A stretch of DNA of 64,000 bases from contig OX597818.1 in the NCBI GenBank assembly GCA_951406725.2, positions 2,480,001 through 2,544,000 of the forward strand. Direction: 5' to 3'. The DNA comes from Octopus vulgaris (taxonomy: Eukaryota). A program made the position numbers and the translations under genes. How positions within the stretch are numbered: the first letter of the stretch is position 1; every line of letters starts with the position of its first letter. This document shows, piece by piece, positions 23,401 through 35,300 of the stretch. Below the pieces are notes generated by a model, which searched no databases, was not told the DNA's origin, and worked only from the letters and a program-made list of their open reading frames with translations.

Positions 23401-25203
23401 ACAGAGATTGTGGCAATGTCATTGCAGGGAAGTTTAAGCTCGTTAGAGGATTTAGGATGTGATGTTTTTGCATGCTTACTCTTGTCTTAACTCTCTATGC
23501 ATTTCAGTCCAAGAGCATTGTCTACAGAAATTCCTAGTGTCTGGATATCGTTTTATCCCAGCAAGTTCAGGTCAAGGATTTTGGTGACAATGTAAGGAAT
23601 TGTGCTTTCTTTACCAGTCATTGGATTCTTGGTTTCAGCCATGAAAGTTCCCAGCACAGGCAGGTCATGCTTGCTGGCAGACTTGTAACGATGTCTGACA
23701 TCATCCAGCTTCAGTTTTCCTAGTTGTTTCCAGATCAGCAAAGAAACGAAATTTCTAGTAATTGCAGTGTCAAGTTCCATCATGAACTGTTGGTCCTGGA
23801 TAGTTATTGGTACAACTAACTTAGAAGTATCATCAGGAAATTCACTCAGGATTCTGTGATTCTCTTCACAGAAGGTTTGGAACAATGTTCCCATTGCTTC
23901 TTCTTACAAACAGCTTCCAAATGTCCTTTCTTGTCACAAAAGTGACATTTGACTTCTTTGCAGGAGCAGTTTGTCACTTACACCTTTCCACATCTGTAAG
24001 ACTTCAACTCAGGGTCTGTGGAATTAGACTGCTGGTGGTTTATTCATTGACCCTTATTCTGGGTTTGCTCGACCTTGTTGACAGGCCTGGTCTTGGAATT
24101 GTAGACAGTGTATTTGACAACCTTTGCTGCATCTTTGGTCTCAGTTGAGACTTGGACAGCGTATCCTTGATCTTATAAAGAGCCTTTAAGACAGCTTTAT
24201 TGCTGACAGAACATACGAATCTGTATCTAAGAGCTTCGTCTTGAGGGTTTGTTATAGAAGGAAAGTCACAGGTAGCAACATCCTGGAGAGTTTCACCAGG
24301 CTTCTGTTGCATGTCACTCGAGAACTTGAAATGTTCTGGGTTAAATTGTTCCTTCATAAAGCTGGCATTTTTCTCTTTTGTCAGCTCATTAATATCCTTT
24401 GGTGGACTCTGTTGATTAGCCAGATTCGCCAGTTGTTTATAAATGGCAACAGTTTAATTTGTCAAAAACATTTGAGCCTTGTGCTGGTCAGGTACAGTGT
24501 TTGCCATAATAAAGGTGCAGAATCTTGTCCAATAATCAGGCCACAATTCAGATGCTGAGTCAAAAGCAACAAATGGTGGGATAGCAGTAGAAGTTGGAAT
24601 ACGGGAACTTGGACTGGAATCTTTTTCAGAAATGTGAACTTGAATCAGCCTTCTCAAAGCTTCCATATCTTCTCTGTACTGTTGTGTCTATCCCTCCATT
24701 TGTTCCCTCTGAAGTTGAGTAACTCTATCAGCTCACCACTTTGTTTTGCCATTGTTATCAATGTAAAAATAGTTAAATTATTGCTTTATCTAAAATGAAG
24801 CATATGTGCAAAACTGGTTGTTTACCTTTCAAATAATTATATCTGAGCGCCAAAGTAAAAAGTCCACTCTACAAGAATAGTCTTTTTTACCCCATCATAA
24901 GATGTCACTTCACAAAAATGACAACAGTATCCTATTGGCGATGCCAATTTGTTATATTTCTCTTGTTTACTTACAAAGAATAGAGTAATAATCCAGATAG
25001 GTGTGTTGTCTGTGGTTCAATATACTTCTCTTGTTTACTCACAAAGAAGAAAACACAGTGGTACTCCAGACAGGTGCGAAGTCTGTTTATTCCAACTGTA
25101 AAACTCAAGATTGTAATAATAATGTAAATCAAAAATCGAGACACCTTGTAAACATTCTCGCAAGTTCCAGAACTTTGAATTCTATTGACTAGCGATATTC
25201 ACA

Positions 25204-25206
<3 letters not shown>
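20446..25206 (-). mobile_element. Decayed Gypsy/Ty3 LTR retrotransposon A
   Basis: LTRs 24950-25206 and about 20446-20631; PBS-like tggcatcg; PPT gtggggagg; gag, protease (MELDT), RT (LPFGI, FQDD), RNase H (CDAS), integrase (VTDN); many stops. Confidence 0.9.
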
Positions 25207-25238
<32 letters not shown>

Positions 25239-25393
25239 ATGAAGAAATTGTACAAAATGTATAAATGGATGATGAGTAAAGCACCGGTACAGTTTCAATT
25301 ATCTGTTGTTATCCATAGATTTACTGCAGGAACTTCATAGTGGTAGTTAGGGTAACAGTATTAATAAAATAGGAGATGGAATGAGTAATAGAC

Positions 25394-25450
25394 TTTATTG
25401 GGTACAACATGTTTCAACCCGTTCTAGGTCTCTTCAGGTACATCAATAAA
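25394..25450 (-). ncRNA. Compact type I hammerhead ribozyme with intact core
   Basis: tttattgatgtac-CTGAAGA-gacc tagaacg ggtt-GAAA-CATG-TT-gtacccaataaa; extended stem I and palindromic stem III. Confidence 0.75.
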
Positions 25451-25606
25451 AAGCTTCACTAGAGATTTCTTGAGTCAGCTTGTGTACTGCTATATGTCCA
25501 TCAAATATGAACAGGGAAAGTATGTATATGTATAAATGTATATGTGTATGCGTGTGTATGTGTGTGTGTGTGTATGTATGTATATGTACGTACATACATA
25601 CATACA

Positions 25607-25639
<33 letters not shown>

Positions 25640-26219
25640 GTTTATGTATATATCTATACCTTCTCTCAAGCTATTTTGTTGTTGCTTATTTCTGTGTCAT
25701 CTTTAAAATTTCGTTTTGGAAGTTGCATTGTTTTAGCCTGTTGAATATTTTATCTGGTCTCCTTTATTACAATGTTTCTGCTATGGGGTAGCCATGTGGC
25801 TTGGCTAGTCTTGGTGCATGCTCCCATCCCACCATCACTGCCTATATCAAAAGTCTTTCACTTGGAACCTTTCTTCTCTAAAAGGAAACCCCCTCCCTCC
25901 AGCTTACATCAGTTTACTAGCAGCAACAGTACTATGATATAAAAAGTCACAACTAGCTTGCTTGCATAGGAAATGGATAAATGACAAGTGTACTTGCCAG
26001 TTGGTTAATTATCAGCACTATTTTATCTTTATGTAAGCAATGGTTTATACCACTCCATCTTCTTCTGGTAGATGTGGCTAATGTGAATAACAGTAAATTA
26101 AATGCAAGGTGAAACTTATATGAACTTTTATAATATATCTTGCAAATGTCCATGCAAGCCACCTTTTCAGATGCAGAATGCAGTCCTCCATCCCCCTGCT
26201 CCCTCTTGCCACCCCTACA

Positions 26220-28340
26220 TCACCCATATCCACCCTTCTGGCACACTCAACGTGGGCACATTAAAAGGTAGATCTGGTGAGATTGTTGAGGTGCTGGAAT
26301 GAAGGCATGTAGACATATGTTGTATTCAAAAAGTAAGATGAAGAGCAGCTTCAGCTAGATTCTTCACATTCAAAGAACATAAGTACAAAATCTTCTTGGC
26401 AGGAAATAGTGATGCAGTTGGTGGTGTGGGCATACTTCTTGCTGAGAAATAGGTTAATAAGGTGATCAGGGTAATTAGGGATTGTGATAGCATACTTAAA
26501 CTTAGACTAGTATTGCAAAGTAGAACAGCAACTATTATTTATGCCTATGCTCCTCAACCAGGGTTGCCAGATGAACAGAAAGATCGATTTTATGACACCC
26601 TTTTGCAGATTACTTCATCAATAAATGACACTGACCTTCTCTTTGTAGTTGGTGACTTCAATGAGCATGCTGGGCAGCATCCAGGTGGCTCCCATGGAGT
26701 TCATCGAGTCAGTTCCCACAATGAGGAGGGAACTAGGCTGCTGGAGTTCTGCAATGCAAATGACCTTATGATCTGCAATACTGACTTCAGGAAACTAGCC
26801 AGTTACCAGTTCATCTAGCAGTCAAATAGTCATACAAACCAGATTTATTACATTCTCACCAGAAAGTGAGAAACATAGTTGCTTATAAATGCAAAGACCT
26901 TCCCAAGTGAAGAGTGCACTCCTCAACATAAGGTTAGTCGTTAGTGACTTCACACTCCAGGCTAAAAGGATGCCAAAAAACAAACCAGTCTAGAAAAGAA
27001 ACATCTGGAAGCTTAAAGATCCTCAGAGATTTAGAGACATTCTAACTGAAGCATTTGGTGAGAGGGAGGAGGTAGTAACATATAACATAGAGACAACTGG
27101 AGGTTTGTACAGAACAATTTAACGAGGACCATTGACCAAATTTGTGGCTTGTGCAAAGTCCCAACCAAACCTAAAATGACCTGATCATGGAACAGTATAG
27201 TAGTCAGAGCAATTAGAGTAATGAAATAGGTCTAAAAAGACTGGAAAAGGGGTAGTAGCAGAGAACTATATTAGGTAGCTAGAAGGAAAACTAGGAGACA
27301 AGTATATTTAGCTAGGGGAGAAACAATGAAAGAAGTTTGCCAATGTTCTGTGAAGTGAGGATCAGTGGCTTGAGGTGTTTCAAATTACAAGATAGTGTGT
27401 CAGAGAAAATTGTGATGTTGTAGGAAAGAAGTGCATTTACATGGATGACAGTTCATTAGCAGTTAGTGGTTCTTCAAAGAAAGTGGAAGTGCCACTATAA
27501 AAGGCTGTTAAATGTAGAGAATGAATGAAAGGAGAGTCTACCTAATATGGACCCAACAGAGGAACCAGCTATCCAAATCAACTGTAGTGTGGTATATAAA
27601 GCAATTAATGCTCCCAGTCCATCATGAATCATGGCTAAGATGCTTAAAATATTTGACAGAGTAAGATATAGCCTAGTCACCTATATACTTAATCAGGTTT
27701 CTCCATGAAGGAGTAATACCCAACAACTGGTGTAGTAGCATTATAGTGAACTGTAACAAGGGTAAAGGTGATGCCTTAGACAAAAATAATTACAGTGGTA
27801 TCAAATAGCTGAACCAGGTGATGAAAATTACAGAGAGGATCATAGCTCAACTAATTAGGAAGAGAGTTAGTCTAGATGAGATGCAGTTTGGTTTTGTGCC
27901 AGGGAAAAGCACTACTGATGCCATCTTCCTGGTAAGGCAACCACAGAAGATTTTTTGCAAACAACTTGCAGATGCAAGTGCTACCAGTTGGAAGGTCTGC
28001 ATATTGAATGCTAAAAAGTTTATGGGGTCATCAGAGGAGAATGCATGCCATTTTGGGGCCTTCCTCTTGACAGCATCATTGCACACCAGCACCCTCTCAC
28101 TGAAATGAGGCCCTGCTTGCTACATCAACTGGTTATTAGGTCAATATTCTTCTGACCATTGCTTACCATCTCTTTTTAACCAAATCCAGTGGCTTCCCTT
28201 CCTCACTGAAGTCTGGATATCACCCATGGTGGTATTTGCTTTAGCCAAAAATAAACCTCTGTACATGGCTTTTGCCAACAAAGAGAAAGCCTTTGACATG
28301 GTATCTATTCAATGCAGAAACTAGGAATAGATGTGTGGTT
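26220..28340 (+). mobile_element. Decayed RTE LINE (APE endonuclease to RT)
   Basis: TLNVGTL, AYAPQ, GDFN, NEEGTRLLEF, QFGFVPGKSTTDAIF; about 290-bp unrelated insert at about 27946-28235. Confidence 0.85.
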
Positions 28341-30077
28341 GGGAGGAGGAGGAGGAGCTGCTGCTGCTGCTGCTGCAACAACAACAACAAATGCCCTTAT
28401 GCAGTACCAGGTAGTGGCTCCCATGGCATTTGGTCTAAACTGATTGTTTTGTCTTGGTATAAAAGATTGGCTACAGCAAATATTATTCTCAATACCACAG
28501 ATTTGCTTGTCAGTTGGTTGACCATGACCAGTTGAGCATGTTCCTTAGTGGCCAATCACAAGCAGAAGTAGTGGGATAGTGTCATAGCCATGTGTTGAGA
28601 GGAATTCTTTGGGGTTTGAATAATTCACCTTTGGAAACATGGGTGGTTCGTTCAACATCCTTAAACAATCTTTATTCAGGGACCTTTTGAGCAGGATGGG
28701 CTACTCAACCTGAAGAAAATTCTAACTGAGCTGTTTATCTTGATATGAGATCACCATGTCACACACATATGGTTGTGATGCCTGAGCCTAATGTACCCTT
28801 ATCAGATGGGTAGTCATGATGGGTATATTGGGCTTCGTATATTTGTACCCCAGTGTCACTTTGATGGCATGTGCTATTCTCTCACTCAATGATAATAACA
28901 ATAATTACCTATTAATTAAAACTTGTTCTGTAATTGACTTTTTATGGTGTTGACACCTTTGCTTCTCATTAATATTTCTTCTTGGGAAATTAGACTGATC
29001 ACCAGAAGATATATTCTTTCTAAATAAAAGCAAACACAATATATGAGAGAGATTATTGACTCAAAAAGGAACAATTTTTGTAAAGTGCATGTTCATAAAT
29101 GGGGCAGTACTTCAGTATCCAGTATTAATTAGATGACAGAGTACTTCAATATTCAGTATTAATATAAGGCAGAGTACATGAGTAATCAATATTAGGTAGA
29201 ATATATCAGTATTCAACATTAGGAAGAGTACTGTGTTACTCAGTGTTAGATATAGCTTTTTATACAATGGTCATTTATCACCTTACACCTCCATGCTCTC
29301 ACCTTTAATATTCTACATTCTTATAGATGCAATCATTAAACCTTGAAACCATTTCACATTACACTTCCATATAAAATGTGATGGTAATGTAGTGTGGTAT
29401 GATAATGTAATGTGATGGTGGTGTAATGAGGTGATTGAAATGTATAAACGGTTGCAAATAATTGGTATTTTTGTTGCCCCTTGTTGTTACAACATCACAG
29501 AACAAACCTCCAATTTAACAGAAAATTTTCAAACATTTCCAAAACTAGCCACCAAAATCCCAGGAACATAAAATATGAGATTCACACCATCCGCCTTGGA
29601 TCCAAACTAAATCCTTGCCTTCCATCAGACACCAGAAATAAGGAAATCCAGAAACTCCAAGATCTCAGTGTCTGACAGAATGATAGACCTTCATCAAAAA
29701 CACCTAAAGATTAATGGAATTGTTACATTCACCATTATCTTTTATCTTTTACTTGTTTCAATCATTAGACTGCGGTCATGCTTAGATACCACTTTGAAGA
29801 ATTTTTAGTTGAATGAATCAACCCCAGTACTTTTTTTCTTTAAACATGGTACTTTTTCTATCAATCTATTTAGACGAACTGCTAAGTTACAGGAATGTAA
29901 GTACACTAACACCTGTTGTGAAGTGATGGTGGGGAACAAACATAGACACACACACATACATATATTTTTTTAAAAATGAGAAAACAAAAACAAATCAGAT
30001 ATTCAATAAATGAGTGGAATTAAACCAGTGTGTGTGTTAATCATATTGACATGATGACTCTCCTTAGACACAACAAA

Positions 30078-30124
<47 letters not shown>

Positions 30125-30128
30125 AGTC

Positions 30129-30174
<46 letters not shown>

Positions 30175-30459
30175 TATGAGTCCACTATATATAAATATAA
30201 GATCCAGGGATTGAGATGTGGGAAGAAAGTTAGCTTCAAGCAATCTGAAGTAAATATAAAAAACAACTTTCAGGGACAATAGTGGTTTGTTGAGATGGAA
30301 GGTTGTGGATTTTTTAATGTATTGAAGTATGATAAACTGAAAAAAGTTCTTTGCATATTTCCCGGTAGACAACCAGGGTTGCTAGGTGTGCAAATAAAAA
30401 TAGAAGAGTTAAGGAATGAAGTAGATAAGATCTGAGCTATATATATACATGTATATACG

Positions 30460-31075
30460 ATGGGCTTCTTTCAGTTTCAATCTACCAAATCCACTCACAA
30501 GGTTTTGGTCAGCCTTAAGACACTTGCCCAAGGTGCCATGCAGTGGGACTAAACCCAGAACTATGTGATTGGGAAACAAGCTTCTTACCACACAGCCATG
30601 TCTTCCATTAGACTTTGAAGAATGTGTAAAATAATCCTAATTTTGAAGCCCATCTAAAACATTTTACAGATACATAACCCATCCACACCCGACTTTCACA
30701 AATTCTAGAAAGATTCAATCTAAACATCACCAACCCATATTACGCACAAAAATACATCTTATAGGCACAGGCGTGGCTGTGTGGTAATAAGCTTGCTTCC
30801 CAACCACATAGTTCTGGGTTCAGTGAGTGGATTTAGTGGACAGAAACTGAAAGAAGCCTGTTGTGTGTGTGTGTTTGTGTGTGCGTGTGTGTGTGTCTGT
30901 CCCCCACTACTGCTTCACAGCCAGTGCTGGTGTGTTTACATCTCCATAACTTAGCAGTTTAGCAAAAGAGATCGATAGAATAAGTATCAGGCTTTTAAAA
31001 AAATAAGTACTGGGGTGAATTCATTTAACTACAAATTCTTCATGGCAGTGCTCCTGCATGGCCACTGTCTAATAC
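30460..31075. mobile_element. Two tRNA-derived SINE remnants in opposite orientation
   Basis: tggctgtgtggtaa..gcttgcttcccaaccac..ttctgggtt head; caccttgggcaagtgtct CORE-like segment; related copies at 58660-58760 and 63730-63800. Confidence 0.6.
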
Positions 31076-31812
31076 CTGAAGGAGTATGTCATATTTAATC
31101 TTTATAACATTCTAAATAAAGTACCACAATGATTAGTCCCTGCTAAATATACCATATCTTATGTAGATGATATCATACGCCTTGTCATCATTTCCCAACT
31201 ACTGCAACTTTGTATCTAATATCTTCACTGAAAATTGTGTTTTAAAAGGTTAACTTACATTTCATGCCAGTCTCTCTCTTAACCTAATTAGATTCTATGA
31301 CCCTTGATCTTTGAAGTGAGGCAGAATAGGAGGTGAGATACAAGTAGAAGGTAGGATTTGATAACAAGTGTGATACAGTAGGTAGGGCAATGGAAAGAGA
31401 GATGGATGTGTGTGTGTGATAGAGAGAAGACAAAGAGAGTGTTGTAATAGCAAAGATAAAAGAAGTACTGTAATGTAAACCAGTGGTCAAGTGTTGTTGG
31501 TGAGTAAATCCTTGCTAATCAGCTTCATCTTTTTTTTTTGTGTGTGTAGCAGCAACAGCAGCGTACTTACATGCTACTTACCAGAGCTCTACTCTTACAC
31601 CCTTTTTATTTATTATAATTCAAATATTTCTTGCACTTCAAAAAGTATACAATATAACCAGTGAAGAAAAATATATGGGAAAACAAGTTGCTATCTGCAT
31701 AATACAAAAGCACAATTTGGAATAAAGTTATTTTCCTTTCTTTTTTAAAATGAAAAAGTTACCACATGGTTTGTGTGTTATATGATTAACAATTTCACAA
31801 AAATCAACTTAC

Positions 31813-31943
31813 AAGTTTTGTTGTGGCAAATTCATACTAATTAACTGGAAAGCATCATCTAATAAGTTATGCATTTTAACACATGTTTGTTGTAAAGTGT
31901 CAGGTTGTCTCCTCCATAGTTTATCATCATCATACAGTTCATT
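31813..31943 (-). CDS. Exon of the KIAA1549-like gene (NELYDDDK...KMHNLLDDAFQLISMNLPQQN)
   Basis: tttgcag acceptor, TT|gtaagt donor (phase 0 to 2); MHNLLDDAFQLI resembles the recalled KIAA1549 motif MHSLLDDAFALV. Confidence 0.85.
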
Positions 31944-32304
31944 CTGCAAATATTCATTATTTTGATGAAAAATATCAAAGAATGATTCATTTTTCATTTA
32001 AATCTCAGTGAAGTTAAAATGTTACATTTCATCAAAATAAAAATACAATAAAATGAATAAATAAAATAAAAAACATTCTTATTATTTAAATCTAATTAAA
32101 CACAAATGAGTACTTATTTAACAATATACTTTGCAGAGTATTATTAATATTTTATCAATTGTTGATTGAGTTTAAATTGAGAAAGCCAACAACAAAAGCC
32201 TATATTTCAGATGGCTGTAAAATATTTACTAAAAATATAAAAAATATTTTTAACAATTATTGTAATTATTTGTAATATTTTAAGAATACAAAACTGTTTG
32301 ACAG

Positions 32305-35300
32305 TGTAGCAGCACAAGCAATTAGCACCATATTGGATGAGATCTCGTGGCAGCCATTGCCATCTCCGAGAATGGAGCGAGACCTCACCTGCATCCATTT
32401 GCACAATGAGGCTCATGATGGCAAACTGGTTATAATGGCCTAACAAAAACAGATTCATCCTCTTCTCACCACGAGTGCTTGCTGAACAGACTTCGCTGGC
32501 TGGGTCTCCAAGCTAGTCCCATCTGCATGTCGTATCTGCAGAGGCAATGGGCCCGCGTTAACGGAGATACAACAAAACGCACACAGCTTGAGTTGGTATG
32601 CTGAGAGCAACACACTTCACCTATTCTGTGAAACTTGTAAATAAACCAGTTGTAAATTGCATTTGTACTTAAAGACTTCTTTCCTCACCTACTGGAGCCT
32701 GAACTACACAAAGAACAATATATAAAATGAGAGAAGGCGATATTCACCCGATATCGTAAACCTTGCCTCCCATTATAAAATGGTGACCCCAACATAGAAA
32801 AAGGATTTTCAGCAGCCGCAAGCTTTATCGTATAGATGCCTCAACCGAATCACAGACTGGTGGGTTCCACTCACTCCCAACTAATAAACACATCAATGGC
32901 CACAACTCCAGCCATCCATCAACTTCAAGCAAGCCGATCATCAACTTCCAGTAAGCTGACCATCAACTTCCAGCCATCGTTCCTGTCTACCACAATTTTC
33001 GGATTGCCTTACATGATGAAACACAACATTACCAGTTCGCCCGCCATTTGCTGATGGTCTCTTAACCCTTTCGTTATCAAACCGCTCAAAGCCGCCCGAA
33101 AAAAATTTTGGTTAATGTGACCAAACCGCCCAAAGCCGCCCAAATTTACCTATTCATATTTAAATGAGAATATCAGAGCAAATCTTTTTAGTACATTCGT
33201 GAAAACATGTGATTATGCTTCGTAAACAGTTCATCTAGTTTTGTACAACGATCGACGTGTAATTTTAATTCCCTGAATTTTGGCAGATTTTTTTCCACAT
33301 TTTTTTCGGCATCGATTTTTCTTCAACTTTGAAAATGGATAGGAGTTTCATGTTATCAAGCATTGATTCCGAATTGGAAAATTTGTGAAACAAATACTGG
33401 GTACTGTTGTGGATTTAGTTTTTATACAGGGAAACTAATGTTAGTCAGCATGGCTTAGGGTATGATGTGGTCTGGAAGTTATTGTTTGAAGCGATCAATG
33501 TGGAAACAAACTTACGCAGAATGTAAACAAACACAAAATGGGGGTTCAAATTTCGGAAAATTTGTGAAGCAAATACTGGGTACTGCGTGGATTTAGTTTT
33601 TATACAGGGAAAATAATGTTAGTCAGCATGGCCTAGGGAACGATGTGGTCTGGAATTTATCACTTCCATACCATAACCAGGGCCGTATATTATTTTTTGA
33701 CCGATTTCTTTAGTTCGGTCAAACTTACGGTGGATTCCAGTATTTCACTTTATTCCACCTTTATGGTACACCTGTTGTGCATTAAATTCAACTGATGATA
33801 TAGTGATGCGCACAATTCTTCTTTATCAAAATTTTATTGCATACCCATTTGAATATTAGCTGATGATTCATTTTCTATGGTAATGTTTAAACAAAATTTT
33901 AATATTTTTACCTTTTGCTCAATTTAAAATTTTAATATTTTTACCTTTTGCTCAAAGGATTTACCTTTAATTAAAGTCACTTTGAGACAAAAGTTATGCA
34001 ATAGAATTGATTAAGAACCCTTTCTTTAATTATGTTCCAAATATCATATTAATATGTTGATAAGTAAAAAAGTTACAGTTATTTAATGAAACAAGCCTAG
34101 ATTCATGATTATTTTAGAATTTAATTGAAACTCATGAGGGGGGTATTTTGGTCAGAAATATAGTAACGAAAGGGTTAAACAACAACAACAGAAAAAATAC
34201 AAACAAATAAAAAAAGAAAGAAGCACACATACAATCACAGTGTTTTTGGCATTTTTTTTGTTTTCTTTCAGCACAACAACAGGTTTGGTGACAAAAATTT
34301 TCTTATCTGTGCATACAGTACACAATTCAACAAACTTTGCTAAAAAAAAAAATTTTTTTTCCTCTCGCACACACGCTGTTATTTCCAACAACACTTATTG
34401 TAGGTGTTTTGGTCCTTTTCCTTTTCTCCTCTGACAGAAAAATATAAGTTTACCTAATCTTCCTTCTTTTACTGGTGACGTCATGCTTTGGTTCGCACAG
34501 TTGGAGGCGTATTTTGTGGCACATGCGGTACCTTCGCAGCAACAGTTAAAGCTTCTCTTTTGTAGCATTCCTGCATTACTCGCTACTTCAGTCAGGAATC
34601 TCATCACTGATCCTCGTCCAGATGCGACTTACAAGCTAGTCAAATCCAAGGTTCTCCGACGGAACACTAAATCCATGAAGTCTAAGTTAAAACAGCTACT
34701 GCAAAATGAGGAGTTAGGAGAGAGGACGCCGTCTCAATTTTTACAGCATGTCCACAAGCTCAGCAACACAACTGAGGACAACTCACTCTTACGGAAGCTT
34801 TTCTTCTCCTGACTACCTCCCAATGTGCAAAACATTTTAGCCACAGCGATTGATACCAACACCATGGATCAACTAGCTACCATGGCTGATATGATTTTAG
34901 AGTTCACTGTCCAGCCAGCACCTCACCATGTCTGCTTTTGCTCAGAGGTTTCCTCTGCTGCGTCTTCCTCATCACATGATGATATTGTGGAGAAACTTGA
35001 CTCTTTAACACACTGAATGGACGCACTTTGGGGAGGGCACTCTAACACTTCACGCCATCGCAGTTGAAACCAGTCTCATTCACATTCGACCAATTCCTTT
35101 TCATTTAGTTCTAGTCTTTGTTGGTACCACACCAGGTATCAGCATAAAGCCAGTAAATGCATTCAGCCAAGTTCTTTCCAGTCAGCAAGAAACAACTTGC
35201 GGAGGGTTTCAGCACATCAAGCACTTCCAGCCAATTATCCTCAAATCATGCATTTTTTGTGAAGGACCGCATGTCTAATGAGGCGTTCCTGGTCAACACA

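Noticed and set aside
29100-29250. Degenerate ~30-bp repeats (gagtacttca.tattcagtatt) as a CRISPR-like array
   Set aside because: Eukaryotic context, degenerate adjacent units without unique spacers and no cas genes; it is a decayed minisatellite
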